Below are positions 38,745 to 50,854 of a DNA stretch of 64,000 bases, piece after piece (position 1 is the first letter of the stretch; each line of letters starts with the position of its first letter). The stretch comes from Rhizobium sp. Q54. Lineage in GTDB: Bacteria; Pseudomonadota; Alphaproteobacteria; UBA2966; CAIVPW01. Location: positions 11,272 to 75,271 of the forward strand of contig CAMDCA010000001.1 of NCBI GenBank assembly GCA_945889645.1, given 5' to 3'. The position numbers and the translations under genes are program-made. Under the pieces are notes generated by a model. That model saw nothing but the letters and a program-made list of their open reading frames with translations, did not search any database and was not told the origin of the DNA.

Positions 38745-39347
38745 TCAGATCACCCGATAGACCATCGTGTCGCGCAGTTCGCCGCGTTCGAGGTCTACGC
38801 TTGTGGGCACAACGTAGCGCGCGACCTCGTGCAGGCCTTCGCGCGGCAGGTAGTCGCGGCCAGGATCGGCCATGAGCACGGTGGCACCGCCGGCCGCGGC
38901 GCGCTGCAGCCACGGGAAGACGCGATCGGTCATCGGCTTCTCGTAGCAAATGTCGCCGGCCATGATCAGGTTCCACGCGCCGTGGTCGCGATCGGTGACG
39001 TCCTCGATCAACACATCCACTGACACGTGATTGAGTGCAGCGTTCATGGTGATGGCGGCGCCAGCCAAGGCGTCGATGTCGCTGGCGTCAACGCGTTCGG
39101 CGTTGCGCGCGCTGACGATCGCCGAAATGCCGCAGCCCGAAGCAAGGTCAAGCACGCGCTTGCCCTTCGTCACGTGGGCGTGGTCGAGCAGATAGCGCGT
39201 CAGCGCCTGCCCGCCCGGCCAGCAGAACGCCCAGTAGGGGGGCGCAATGTTGGGCTGGCCGAGCCAGGCCTCGATGTCCTGCCATAGCGGCGTGATCTCG
39301 GTCGCCATGTAGAGCTGCACTTCGGGAACTAGCGGCGGATTCGACAC
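38745..39347 (-). CDS. class I SAM-dependent methyltransferase (ETFB lysine methyltransferase / METTL20-like)
   Basis: Motif I (VLDLASGCGISAIV). Similar in size and architecture to small protein-lysine methyltransferases. Confidence 0.6.
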   Translation of the reverse strand: MSNPPLVPEVQLYMATEITPLWQDIEAWLGQPNIAPPYWAFCWPGGQALTRYLLDHAHVTKGKRVLDLASGCGISAIVSARNAERVDASDIDALAGAAITMNAALNHVSVDVLIEDVTDRDHGAWNLIMAGDICYEKPMTDRVFPWLQRAAAGGATVLMADPGRDYLPREGLHEVARYVVPTSVDLERGELRDTMVYRVI

Positions 39348-39382
39348 CAGTGTGTGGGCGCGGATGAACTCGTCGGAGGAGA

Positions 39383-40039
39383 TCAGACTGATACCTGTTG
39401 GCGGGCACGGATGCGGCGCAGCATCTCGGTGAGGATGGCCGCGTAGCCGGACGCGTCGTCCATGGCACGGTGACTATGCGGGTGACCGCCGAACCATTCG
39501 AGCGGGTAGTTGGGACGGCGGCAACGCGCGTACGGCCATCCCATGACGCCCATGATCAGACTGGGCAGGTCAAGACCGGCGCCGAAGAATAGGCGCTCGC
39601 CGCCGTAGGGACCGCGGTCCATGCGCAGGCCCAGGAAGGTGCGCATGTACCAGTCGATCCAGTAGCCGTCGAACACCAGCGGGTGCGAGGTGAACACCGG
39701 CTCGTGCGGCAGTCGGCGCACCCAGTTGGCGAAGGCCGCCATTGCCTCTACGGCGGGGCGCGGGTTGCGCGTCAGATCGGCCCACACGGCCGGCTGGCTC
39801 TTCAACCACGCCAGGGTGTCGGGGTTGGGAGCGGCGCCGTCGAGCGGCGCCAAGCATGCCTCGAATTGATCGAACGCGACACCCTGCTCGTCCACCGCCA
39901 CGCAGGCGAAGCTGAGCATTGAGTTCTTGCCCGGCGCCGGCCCATCCGTCTCGATGTCGGTGACGACGTAGCACACCGAGGCGCCGCGCTTGGCGGTGCC
40001 GTCGCTCGGATCGCTGATCCAGTTCGGCGCGCCGTTCAT
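39383..40039 (-). CDS. DEDD-family 3'-5' exonuclease (DnaQ-like)
   Basis: Exo I motif (YVVTDIETDG) and Exo III-like motif (HRAMDDASGYA). Confidence 0.7.
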   Translation of the reverse strand: MNGAPNWISDPSDGTAKRGASVCYVVTDIETDGPAPGKNSMLSFACVAVDEQGVAFDQFEACLAPLDGAAPNPDTLAWLKSQPAVWADLTRNPRPAVEAMAAFANWVRRLPHEPVFTSHPLVFDGYWIDWYMRTFLGLRMDRGPYGGERLFFGAGLDLPSLIMGVMGWPYARCRRPNYPLEWFGGHPHSHRAMDDASGYAAILTEMLRRIRARQQVSV

Positions 40040-40042
40040 GCG

Positions 40043-41410
40043 CTAGTAGGCGTACTCGCGGAACAGCGGATCGACCGAGCCGCCCCACTCGCCGTGGAAC
40101 TTCTCCAACAGGATGGTGGCGGCGGTGCGCCCCGTTGCGGCGATTTCCTTGAGCGGCTCAAGGTAGATGCACTCGTCGCGGCCCTTGTGGCTGCAGCAGC
40201 CGCGTCCGTGCAGTCCGTCCTCGGCGATCATCACCACTTCGCGCGCCAGATCGAGCACCTTGCGGCCACCGGGCGCCGGCGCGGCGAGCCCATGCTTCGG
40301 CACGGCGCGGTACATCGCCTCGCGCTCCGTCTGGGTCCAGTTCTTGACCAAGTCCCACGCGGCTTCGAGCGCGACCGGGTTGTAGAGAATGCCGGCCCAC
40401 AGGGCGGGCAGCGCGCACAAGCGCGTCCACGGGCCACCGTCGCAGCCGCGCATTTCCAGGTACTGCTTCAAGCGCACCTCGGGGAACAGCGTGGTGAGGT
40501 GCGTCACCCAGTCTTCTTTGGTGGGCCGCTCGCCCGGCAGGATGTCGAGGCGGCCCTGCATGAAGTCGGCGAAGGTCTGCTTGTGCACCGGCATGTAGGT
40601 GCTGTTGCGCACGACAAAGTACATCGGCACGGTCAGCGCCCAATCGGTGTAGCGCTCGAAGCTCATGCCGTCTTCGAAAACGAAGGCAGGAATGCCGGTG
40701 CGGTCGTTGTCGGTGTGCTGCCAGATGTGGGCGCGGAAGCTTTGGTAGCCGTTGGGCTTGCCTTCGGTGAACGGCGAGCTGGCGAACAGCGCCGTCGCTA
40801 CCGGCTGCAGCGCCAACGAGACGCGCAGCTTCTTCACCATGTCGGCTTCCGACTCGAAATCGAGGTTCACCTGCACCGTGCTGGTGCGGAACATCATGTC
40901 GAGGCCGTGGGTGCCCTTGGTCGGCATGTAGTTGCGCATGACGCCGTAGCGTTGCTTCGGCATGACCGGAATGTCGGCGAGCTTCCACTTGGGCTGGAAG
41001 CCGACGCCGAGGAACGCGACGCCAAGGTCGTCGCCGATCGCCTTCACCTGGCGCAGGTGGGTATTCACCTCGACGCAGGTCTCGTGGATGGTTGCGAGCG
41101 GCGAGCCGCCAAGTTCAAGTTGTCCGCCGGGCTCCAGAGTGACGGTTTGTTGTCCGAACGACAGCGCGATGGTGTTGCCGCGCTCGCGCACCGGGCGCCA
41201 ACCGTAGCGCTCTACCAGTCCGTCGAGGATGGCGGAAACGCCGTCGTCCCCTTCATAGGGCAGCGGCGTGAGGTCCTTGGTGCGGAAGGCAAACTTCTCG
41301 TGCTCGGTACCGATGCGCCACTTCTCGCGCGGCTTGGAGCCGGCGGCGAGGTGCTGGACGAGGTCGTCCTTGCTCTCGACGGGCGGCGACAGTGCCTGCA
41401 GGACTCCCAT
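40043..41410 (-). CDS. gshA: glutamate--cysteine ligase, plant/alphaproteobacterial type (GCS2 family)
   Basis: Start at MGVLQALSPP. GCS2 family signatures (IGTEHEKFAF, MRNYMPTKG). The ORF-track extension to 41527 is rejected. Confidence 0.85.
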   Translation of the reverse strand: MGVLQALSPPVESKDDLVQHLAAGSKPREKWRIGTEHEKFAFRTKDLTPLPYEGDDGVSAILDGLVERYGWRPVRERGNTIALSFGQQTVTLEPGGQLELGGSPLATIHETCVEVNTHLRQVKAIGDDLGVAFLGVGFQPKWKLADIPVMPKQRYGVMRNYMPTKGTHGLDMMFRTSTVQVNLDFESEADMVKKLRVSLALQPVATALFASSPFTEGKPNGYQSFRAHIWQHTDNDRTGIPAFVFEDGMSFERYTDWALTVPMYFVVRNSTYMPVHKQTFADFMQGRLDILPGERPTKEDWVTHLTTLFPEVRLKQYLEMRGCDGGPWTRLCALPALWAGILYNPVALEAAWDLVKNWTQTEREAMYRAVPKHGLAAPAPGGRKVLDLAREVVMIAEDGLHGRGCCSHKGRDECIYLEPLKEIAATGRTAATILLEKFHGEWGGSVDPLFREYAY

Positions 41411-41619
41411 ACCGTACTGATCCTTTGGTGCGAGGCACGAAGCGCGGAACGCGCTCCGTCGCAGGCGATGGTGCCGGGAATGGCAGCGGCCCGGCTGTAA
41501 CGTGGGAGCGGGGGCGCCGAATCTCAACCAGGCGCCACGCGTCCCCAGAGCTTCTGCCCCTTTCGCAGGACCACCAGCCTCGTTTGAGGGGCGGGTCCGT
41601 TCCCGCTACACATACCCCC

Positions 41620-42642
41620 ATGGACCGGCAGAAGGAAACCGCCCTGGCCGCGACCCCGCGTGATGCGCCGGCGGTCGACGCCACGGCCGGCAACTGGGTC
41701 GATACGGTCGCGCCACGGCCGGCTCGCCCTTACCTGCGCCTGGCGCGGCTCGATCGGCCCATCGGCGCATGGCTACTGTTGTGGCCGTGCTTCTGGTCGG
41801 TGGCGTTGGCGGCGCGCGAAGCGCCGACCGGTTGGCGCTGGGCGGTGACCGGCGCCGGCGCCAACGGCGAGGGCCTGCCCGACCCGATCCTGCTGGTGCT
41901 GTTCCTGATCGGCGCATTCGCCATGCGCGCGGCGGGCTGCGTGTGGAACGACATCATCGACCGCGACATCGACGCACAGGTCGCCCGCACGGCGACGCGG
42001 CCGCTGGCATCCGGCGCGGTGACGCTGCGCGGCGCCGCGACGCTCCTGTTCGCGCTGCTGCTCGTCGGACTCGCGGTGCTGCTCAGCTTTGACCGCTTCG
42101 CCATCGGCCTCGGCTTCGTGTCGATGGTGATCGTCGCACTCTATCCGTTCGCCAAGCGCGTGACGTTCTGGCCGCAGGCGGTCCTGGGCCTCGCGTTCTC
42201 GTGGGGGGCGCTGATGGGGTGGGCCGCGTTCACCGGCGAGATCGGCTGGGCGCCGCTCGTGCTCTATGCCGGTTGCGTCGCATGGGTGATCGGCTACGAC
42301 ACCATCTACGCGCTTCAGGACGTCGAGGACGACCAGATGCTCGGCCTGAAGTCCACCGCGCTCAAGTTCGGCGCCAACGTGAAGCGCTGGCTCGCCGCGT
42401 TCTACGCCTTCGCGTTCGTGTGCATCTGCCTCGCCGCATGGCTCGCGCGCGTGCCCACCCTGCCCTTCGCCGCGCTGGCCATCGCTGCCGGCATGCACCT
42501 CGCCTGGCAAGTCGCCGACCTCAGACCAAATGACTCCGCCGATGCCCTGTCCAAGTTCCGCTCCAACCACACGTTCGGCATTTTGGTGTTCGCCGCCATC
42601 GTCGTCGCCAACATGTTTGGCGGCTTCATGATGAGCCGGTAG
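41620..42642 (+). CDS. ubiA: 4-hydroxybenzoate polyprenyltransferase
   Basis: Start at MDRQKETAL. UbiA motifs (NDIIDRDIDAQVARTATRPLASG, YDTIYALQDVEDD). Confidence 0.9.
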   Translation: MDRQKETALAATPRDAPAVDATAGNWVDTVAPRPARPYLRLARLDRPIGAWLLLWPCFWSVALAAREAPTGWRWAVTGAGANGEGLPDPILLVLFLIGAFAMRAAGCVWNDIIDRDIDAQVARTATRPLASGAVTLRGAATLLFALLLVGLAVLLSFDRFAIGLGFVSMVIVALYPFAKRVTFWPQAVLGLAFSWGALMGWAAFTGEIGWAPLVLYAGCVAWVIGYDTIYALQDVEDDQMLGLKSTALKFGANVKRWLAAFYAFAFVCICLAAWLARVPTLPFAALAIAAGMHLAWQVADLRPNDSADALSKFRSNHTFGILVFAAIVVANMFGGFMMSR

Positions 42643-42647
42643 CGCGC

Positions 42648-44159
42648 ATGGCCTACGCCTCGCTACGCGACTTCATCGCGCGCCTTGAAAGCACTGGACG
42701 GCTCGTGCGCGTGCGCGAGCCGGTATCCACCGTGCTCGAGATGACCGAGATCCAGACGCGTCTGCTCGCCGAAGGCGGCCCCGCCGTCATGTTCGAAAAC
42801 CCCGTGAAGGCCGACGGCGCGCGGTCTGAGATGCCGGTGCTGGTGAACCTGTTCGGCACCATCGAGCGGGTGGCGTGGGGCATGGAGCGCGAACCCAAAG
42901 ACTTGCGCGCGTTGGGTGAAACACTCGCCTTCCTGCGCCAACCCGAGCCGCCGTCCGGCTGGCGCGAAGCGATCGATATGTTGCCGATCGTGCGCCAGGC
43001 GATGGCGATGCGCCCCAGCACCCGCAAGGGATCGGCACCGTGCCAGGAAGTCGTGCTGACCGGCGACGACATCGATCTACATCGCCTGCCGGTGCAGACC
43101 TGCTGGCCCAACGAACCGGCACCGGTCATCACCTGGCCGCTGGTCGTGACCAAGGGTCCGAGCGATTCGGCAGAGGATTCGTTCAACCTCGGCATCTACC
43201 GCATGCAGCTAGTGGACAAGCGCACAACGATGATGCGCTGGCTCAAGCATCGCGGCGGCGCCCAGCACCACGACCGTTGGAAGCAGGCCAAGCGCGAACC
43301 CCTGCCGGCCGCCGCCGTCATCGGCGCCGATCCGGGCACCATTTTGGCGGCGGTGACGCCGGTGCCCGACACCATGTCCGAATACCAGTTCGCCGGACTG
43401 CTCCGGGGCGCGCGCGTCGACCTGGTGGACTGCAAGACGGTGCCGCTCAAGGTGCCGGCCGAAGCCGAGATCGTAATCGAGGGCCACGTGTCGCTGGAGG
43501 ACTATCGCGACGAAGGTCCGTACGGCGACCACACCGGCTTCTACAACTCGGTCGAGCCGTTCCCGGTGTTCACCGTATCGGCGATCACCATGCGCAAGCA
43601 GCCGATCTACCTGTCCACCTTCACCGGCCGGCCGCCGGATGAGCCCAGCGTGCTGGGCGCCGCGCTGAACGAGGTATTCATTCCGCTGCTGCAGCAGCAG
43701 TTCCCCGACATTATTGACTTCTGGCTGCCACCCGAGGCGTGCAGCTATCGCATCGCCGTCGTCTCGATCAAGAAGCGCTACGCCGGCCAAGCGCGCCGCA
43801 TCATGATGGGCGTGTGGTCATACCTGCGCCAATTCCTCTACACCAAGTGGATCATCGTGGTGGACGAGAGCATCAACGTGCGCGACTGGAAGGACGTCAT
43901 GTGGGCGGTGTCGGTGAACATGGATCCCGCCCGCGACATCATGGTCATCGAGCACACCGCCATCGACTACCTCGACTTCGCCAGCCCTGACTCAGGCCTG
44001 GGCGGCAAGATCGGCCTCGACGCCACCACCAAGCTGCCGCCCGAAACCCACCGCACCTGGGGCACGCCGATCCGCATGGACGAGGCCGTCGTTCGCACCG
44101 TCACGGAGAAGTGGCCGCGCCTGGGACTGCCCGGAAGCGGAACGCCGATCTGGAAATGA
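42648..44159 (+). CDS. ubiD: UbiD family decarboxylase (4-hydroxy-3-polyprenylbenzoate decarboxylase)
   Basis: 503-aa protein with the UbiD N-terminus MAYASLRDFIARLESTGRLVRV. It lies 5 nt after ubiA. Confidence 0.9.
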   Translation: MAYASLRDFIARLESTGRLVRVREPVSTVLEMTEIQTRLLAEGGPAVMFENPVKADGARSEMPVLVNLFGTIERVAWGMEREPKDLRALGETLAFLRQPEPPSGWREAIDMLPIVRQAMAMRPSTRKGSAPCQEVVLTGDDIDLHRLPVQTCWPNEPAPVITWPLVVTKGPSDSAEDSFNLGIYRMQLVDKRTTMMRWLKHRGGAQHHDRWKQAKREPLPAAAVIGADPGTILAAVTPVPDTMSEYQFAGLLRGARVDLVDCKTVPLKVPAEAEIVIEGHVSLEDYRDEGPYGDHTGFYNSVEPFPVFTVSAITMRKQPIYLSTFTGRPPDEPSVLGAALNEVFIPLLQQQFPDIIDFWLPPEACSYRIAVVSIKKRYAGQARRIMMGVWSYLRQFLYTKWIIVVDESINVRDWKDVMWAVSVNMDPARDIMVIEHTAIDYLDFASPDSGLGGKIGLDATTKLPPETHRTWGTPIRMDEAVVRTVTEKWPRLGLPGSGTPIWK

Positions 44160-45013
44160 CCGGCAGCCCCCTCTGGCTCGCGGGCAAGATTGCTGTCGTC
44201 ACGGGGGCATCGGCCGGGATCGGCACGGAGATCGCTCTCGGCCTGGCGCGCTTGGGTGCAAGCGTCGCCGTCGTCGGTCGCAACTTCGAGCGCACCCATG
44301 ACGCGTGTGCGCGCATCGAGCACGGCGGCGGCACGGCCGAGGCGTTTCATGCCGATTTCGCGGTGGTGGCCAACGTGCGGCATCTGGCTGCCGAACTCGC
44401 CGACCGCTACCCGCACGTCGATATTCTGGTGAACAACGCCGGCACTGCCGTGGGGCGGCGGCGTGTCACCCACGACGGCTTCGAGATGACGTTCGCCGTC
44501 AACCACTTGGCGCCGTTCCTGCTGACCCACCTGCTGCTGCCGCGTCTGAAGATGGCGCCGCGCGCGCGCATCGTCACCGTCGCGTCCGGCGCACACTGGC
44601 GCGGACGCATGGACTTCGACGACCGGCAGCATGAGCGCGCGTACTCTGCATGGGAGGCATATTCGCGGTCCAAGCTCGCCAACGTCCTGTTCACACGCGC
44701 ATTGGCGCGACGTCTGATAGGCTCGACCGTGACGGCGACGTGCTGCCACCCCGGTGTTGCCGCCACCGACATCTGGCGCGAGGGTCCCGGCTCTTGGTTC
44801 TACGCACCGCTCCTTCGGCTGTTCCTGCAGACACCGGCGCGTTGTGCCGACACTCCGGTGTGGCTGGCTGCCGCACCCGAGGCGGAGGGTCAGTCGGGCG
44901 GCTACTACAAGCGCCGCCACCTGGCGCCGACCTCGCCCTCGGCGCAGGACGACTCCCTGGCCGAGCGCCTGTGGGAGGTGAGCGCCGCGATGTGCGAACC
45001 GAAGACGAACTAA
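44156..45013 (+). CDS. SDR family NAD(P)-dependent oxidoreductase
   Basis: Start at MTGSPLW, overlapping the ubiD stop as ATGA. Cofactor motif TGASAGIG and catalytic YSRSK. Confidence 0.85.
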   Translation: MTGSPLWLAGKIAVVTGASAGIGTEIALGLARLGASVAVVGRNFERTHDACARIEHGGGTAEAFHADFAVVANVRHLAAELADRYPHVDILVNNAGTAVGRRRVTHDGFEMTFAVNHLAPFLLTHLLLPRLKMAPRARIVTVASGAHWRGRMDFDDRQHERAYSAWEAYSRSKLANVLFTRALARRLIGSTVTATCCHPGVAATDIWREGPGSWFYAPLLRLFLQTPARCADTPVWLAAAPEAEGQSGGYYKRRHLAPTSPSAQDDSLAERLWEVSAAMCEPKTN

Positions 45014-45300
45014 GGGGCCGAACTTAAGGGCGCTGCTGCGGGCGCTGCGGCCAGGAGGTATTCGACCATCCCCGGACGACTCTCCGCGGCAACCGGCGCG
45101 TGACGCGCCAGGATTCGCGTCGAGAGATACTCGGCGCGCTGTCCTACCGGCTGCTTCGCTACCAGGGCAGCAACAGCAGCAGACGTGTGGCACGCGCCGC
45201 AATACAGAGTGAAGGATGCCTCCTGAGCCACGGCCAACTGAGCAACGGCGACGAGGGGCACGGCGGCGAAGAGGACGCGGAGGGCCGGTGTGACTTTCAT
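45010..45300 (-). CDS. small exported c-type cytochrome-like protein (single CXXCH)
   Basis: Signal peptide (MKVTPALRVLFAAVPLVAVAQLAVAQEA) then LYCGACHTS. The start is inferred from the ORF 45010..45429. Confidence 0.45.
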   Translation of the reverse strand: MKVTPALRVLFAAVPLVAVAQLAVAQEASFTLYCGACHTSAAVAALVAKQPVGQRAEYLSTRILARHAPVAAESRPGMVEYLLAAAPAAAPLSSAP

Positions 45301-45440
45301 GCCGGGGACCCTATGCCCCTCGCGGGCTTGACCGCTATCCGGGCGACTACGAAGGCCGGAATCGGGCCGCCACGGCCGTCCTGGCGCCGGTACCCGGGCG
45401 CCCCATATAGTGAGGCAGCGGCACGTCAAACTTCGCGGCC

Positions 45441-46826
45441 TTGGCGGCCGCGTTCCTTCAGGTATCGGTCATGGGCGCAGTCGAGAAATCCGGCACGCAG
45501 GCGGTCGAGGTCCTCACCGAGTTGGTGGCACGGGCCAAGCGCAAAGGTGCGACGGCGGCCGAAGCCATGCTGGTGGACCACGTATCGATGTCGGTCAGCC
45601 AGCGCCTGGGCGAGCGCGAGAACCTCGGCCGCTCCGAGGGCCGCGACGTCGGTCTGCGGGTGTTCGTCGGCCAGCGCCAGGCGATGGTGTCCACCAGCGA
45701 CACGACGCCGGCGACGTTGGAGACGTTGCTCGATCGCGCCCTGTCGATGGCGCGCGCGGCACCTGAGGAGCCGTATTGCGGCCTGGCCGAGCCGATGTTG
45801 CTGGCGCGCCACCTGCCGCGCCTCGACCTGCTCGATCCAACCGAGGTGACCGGCGATCAGTTGTATGAGCGCGCCGCCGAGATCGAAGACGCCGCCCGCG
45901 CGGTGAAGGGCGTCAGCAATTCCGAAGGCGCCGGCGCCAGCTGGCGTCGCGGCGAGAACACGCTGGTGACGTCTGACGGCTTCGTCGGCACCACAGCGGG
46001 CTCGATGTTTTCCGGCGGCGTATCGGTGGTCGCCGGCACCGGCACCGGCATGGAGACCGACCACGCCTCCACCCGCGCGCGCTACGAGGAAGACCTCGAA
46101 GGCAACGCCGACATCGGCAAGGAAGCCGGCGAGCGCGCAGTGAAGCGCCTCAACCCGCGCAAACTCGATTCGATGAGCGTGCCGGTGGTGTTCGAGCCGC
46201 GCCTGTCGAACAGCATCCTGGGCCACCTGATCGGCGCCATCAACGGTCCGTCCATCGCGCGCGGCACCAGCTTTCTGCGCAAGGATCTGGGCAATGAAGT
46301 GTTCGGCAATGACGTGACGATCGTCGACGACCCGCACCGCCTGCGCGGTCTCGGCAGCCGGCCGTTCGACGCCGAGGGTGTCGCAACCAAGAACATGGCG
46401 CTGATCGAAGACGGCGTGCTGAAGACCTGGCTCTTGTCGAGCGCCTCCGCCAAGCAGCTCGGATTGCGCACCACCGGTCACGCGGCGCGCGGCCTCGGCT
46501 CGCCGCCGTCGCCGTCGCCCAGCAACCTGTACATGGAGCCCAGCGAAGTAACGCCGGACGAGCTGATGGCCGATATCAAGCTCGGCGTGTTCCTCACCGA
46601 CCTGATCGGTTTCGGCGTCAACATGGTGACCGGCGACTACAGCCGCGGCGCGTCGGGATTCCTGATCGAGAACGGCAAGCGGACGGCAGCGATCTCCGAG
46701 TTCACCATCGCCGGCAACCTGCGCGATATGTTCCGCGCCGTGCGCCCGGCCAGCGATCTTGAGTTCCGCTACGGCAGCAATGCCCCAACGCTGCGCATCG
46801 ACGGCATGACCGTAGCGGGCAAGTGA
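45441..46826 (+). CDS. pmbA: metalloprotease PmbA/TldE, copy 1
   Basis: PmbA_TldD family over the full length. The start may be the internal ATG at 45471. Confidence 0.85.
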   Translation: MAAAFLQVSVMGAVEKSGTQAVEVLTELVARAKRKGATAAEAMLVDHVSMSVSQRLGERENLGRSEGRDVGLRVFVGQRQAMVSTSDTTPATLETLLDRALSMARAAPEEPYCGLAEPMLLARHLPRLDLLDPTEVTGDQLYERAAEIEDAARAVKGVSNSEGAGASWRRGENTLVTSDGFVGTTAGSMFSGGVSVVAGTGTGMETDHASTRARYEEDLEGNADIGKEAGERAVKRLNPRKLDSMSVPVVFEPRLSNSILGHLIGAINGPSIARGTSFLRKDLGNEVFGNDVTIVDDPHRLRGLGSRPFDAEGVATKNMALIEDGVLKTWLLSSASAKQLGLRTTGHAARGLGSPPSPSPSNLYMEPSEVTPDELMADIKLGVFLTDLIGFGVNMVTGDYSRGASGFLIENGKRTAAISEFTIAGNLRDMFRAVRPASDLEFRYGSNAPTLRIDGMTVAGK

Positions 46827-48178
46827 GCGCCGCCGGACGCGGCAACACGCCGCCCATCGAAGCATTCACCGCCCTGGTGGCGCGGGCCAAGCTACGCGGC
46901 GCCTCCGCGGCTGAGGCGATGCTGGTCGAGGGCGCCTCGATGTCGGTCAGCCAGCGCCTGGGCACACGCGAAGACCTGGTGCGCTCGGAAGGCCGCGAGG
47001 CCGGCCTGCGCGTGTTCTTCGGCAAGCGCCAGGCGATGGCGTCGTCCAACGACCTGTCGCCCGACGCGCTGAACACCCTGCTCGATCGCGTGCTGGCCAT
47101 GGCGCGGGAGACGCCGGAGGAACCGTACTGCGGCCTGGCCGACCCCAACCTGTTGGCGCGCACCTATCCCGACCTCGACCTGCTCGACACGCACGAACCC
47201 GGCGGCGAGGAACTCTATGCCCGCGCCGCCGAGGCCGAGGACGCGGCGCGCGCGGTGGCGGGCGTCACCAATTCGAACGGCGCCAGCGCCAGTTGGGGCC
47301 GCGGCGGACTGGTGCTGGTGACCAGCGACGGATTTGTCGGTCACGCCATGTCCTCCGGCATCGACGTTGGAGTCGCTGTGGTGGCAGGCAGCGGGACATC
47401 CATGGAGACGGACTACGCGTTCTCCACCGCCCGCTACACCAGCGACCTGGAATCGGCCGCCAAGATCGGCCGCGAGGCCGGCGAGCGCGCCGTGCGCCGG
47501 CTCAATCCGCGCAAGCTCGAATCGGATCAGATGCCGGTGGTGTTCGAGCCGCGTGTGTCGAATGGCATGCTCGGCATCCTGTCCGCCGCCATCAACGGCG
47601 CGGCGATCGCCCGCGGCACCAGCTTCCTGCGCAAAGAGATGGGCAACGCCATTTTTTCTGCGGCCGTCACGGTGGTTGACGATCCCCACCGCCTGCGCGG
47701 CATGGGCTCGCGCCCGTTCGACGCCGAAGGCGTGGCGACGCACAAGATGACCTTGGTCGACAAGGGCGTGCTGAAGACCTGGATTCTGTCGACGTCGGAC
47801 GCTCAACAGCTCGGATTGAAGAGCACGGGCCACGCCAATCGCGGCATCGGCTCGCCGCCCGGGCCGGCAACCAGCAATCTGTACATGGAACCGGGCAAAG
47901 TCACGCCGGCCGAGCTGATGGCCGACATTGGCCGCGGCGTCTACGTCACCAACACCTACGGTTCGGGCGTCGACATCATCACCGGCGACTACAGCCTGGG
48001 CGCCGCCGGTTTCCTGATTGAGGACGGCCAGATCACCGCACCGATCGCCGAATTCACCATCGCCGGCAACCTGCGCGACATGTTCCGCACATTGGCGCCC
48101 GCCAACGACCTGGTGTTCCGCTACGGCACCGATGCGCCGACGCTGCGCATCGACGGCATGACCATCGCGGGCCGCTAG
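46823..48178 (+). CDS. pmbA: metalloprotease PmbA/TldE, copy 2 (tandem paralog)
   Basis: The GTG start overlaps the copy 1 stop as GTGA. It is collinear over the whole length and highly similar to copy 1 (for example FTIAGNLRDMFR, APTLRIDGMT). Confidence 0.85.
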   Translation: MSAAGRGNTPPIEAFTALVARAKLRGASAAEAMLVEGASMSVSQRLGTREDLVRSEGREAGLRVFFGKRQAMASSNDLSPDALNTLLDRVLAMARETPEEPYCGLADPNLLARTYPDLDLLDTHEPGGEELYARAAEAEDAARAVAGVTNSNGASASWGRGGLVLVTSDGFVGHAMSSGIDVGVAVVAGSGTSMETDYAFSTARYTSDLESAAKIGREAGERAVRRLNPRKLESDQMPVVFEPRVSNGMLGILSAAINGAAIARGTSFLRKEMGNAIFSAAVTVVDDPHRLRGMGSRPFDAEGVATHKMTLVDKGVLKTWILSTSDAQQLGLKSTGHANRGIGSPPGPATSNLYMEPGKVTPAELMADIGRGVYVTNTYGSGVDIITGDYSLGAAGFLIEDGQITAPIAEFTIAGNLRDMFRTLAPANDLVFRYGTDAPTLRIDGMTIAGR

Positions 48179-48179
48179 C

Positions 48180-48968
48180 ATGCCGTCCCAACGACTGCGC
48201 GAAGACTTTCAGCTGCTGCAGGACTCCGTCGCCGAAGCGGCGGTGATCGCCAAGCGCTACTTCGAGCGCGGCGCCAAGGTGTGGGAGAAGGCACCGGGCA
48301 ATCCGGTGACCGATGCCGACCTTGCGGTCGATGCACTGTTGAAGAAGCGCCTGATGAAGGCCCGCCCCGACTACGGCTGGCTGTCGGAGGAGACACCGGA
48401 CGACGGCAGCCGCCTGACCCACGCCCGCGTGTGGATGGTCGATCCGATCGACGGCACGCGCGCGTTCGTGCGCCACCATCCGGAGTTCGCCATCGCCGCC
48501 GGACTGGTGCAGGACGGCCGGCCCGTGGCCGGTGTCGTCTGCAATCCCGCCACCGGCGAAGTCTTTGCCGCATGCGAGGGCGGCCGCGTGCGGGTCAACG
48601 GCAAGCTGGCACCCAAGCCGAGCGGACGCACCTTGGCCGACGCGCACATCCTGGGCAGCCGCGCCGCCGTCGAGAAGGCGTGCGGGCCGCTGCAGGGCTG
48701 CGAGTTTTTTACGGTCCACTCTATCGCCTACCGCATGGCCCTGGTGGCGGCCGGCCAGTACGACGCCGCGATCGCCATGTCGCCGACCTGCGACTGGGAC
48801 ATCGCCGCCGCCGATGCCCTGGTGCGCGCCGCGGGCGGCCGGGTGACCAACAGCGATGGCAGCGCAATCGCCTACAACCGGCCCACGACCCGCCACCACA
48901 GGGTCATTGCGGCCACGACAACGCTGCACGGTCCCCTGACGGAACGCTTCGCCGCCGGCGCCGGCTGA
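48180..48968 (+). CDS. inositol monophosphatase family protein (CysQ/SuhB-like phosphatase)
   Basis: IMPase metal-binding motifs (WMVDPIDGTRAF, WDIAAADALV). Confidence 0.8.
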   Translation: MPSQRLREDFQLLQDSVAEAAVIAKRYFERGAKVWEKAPGNPVTDADLAVDALLKKRLMKARPDYGWLSEETPDDGSRLTHARVWMVDPIDGTRAFVRHHPEFAIAAGLVQDGRPVAGVVCNPATGEVFAACEGGRVRVNGKLAPKPSGRTLADAHILGSRAAVEKACGPLQGCEFFTVHSIAYRMALVAAGQYDAAIAMSPTCDWDIAAADALVRAAGGRVTNSDGSAIAYNRPTTRHHRVIAATTTLHGPLTERFAAGAG

Positions 48969-49021
48969 GGGCCCACCCCGGCCGCGGCATGACATGCTAG
49001 GATTCGCGCGGCTTTCCCCAC

Positions 49022-50850
<1,829 letters not shown>

Positions 50851-50854
<4 letters not shown>

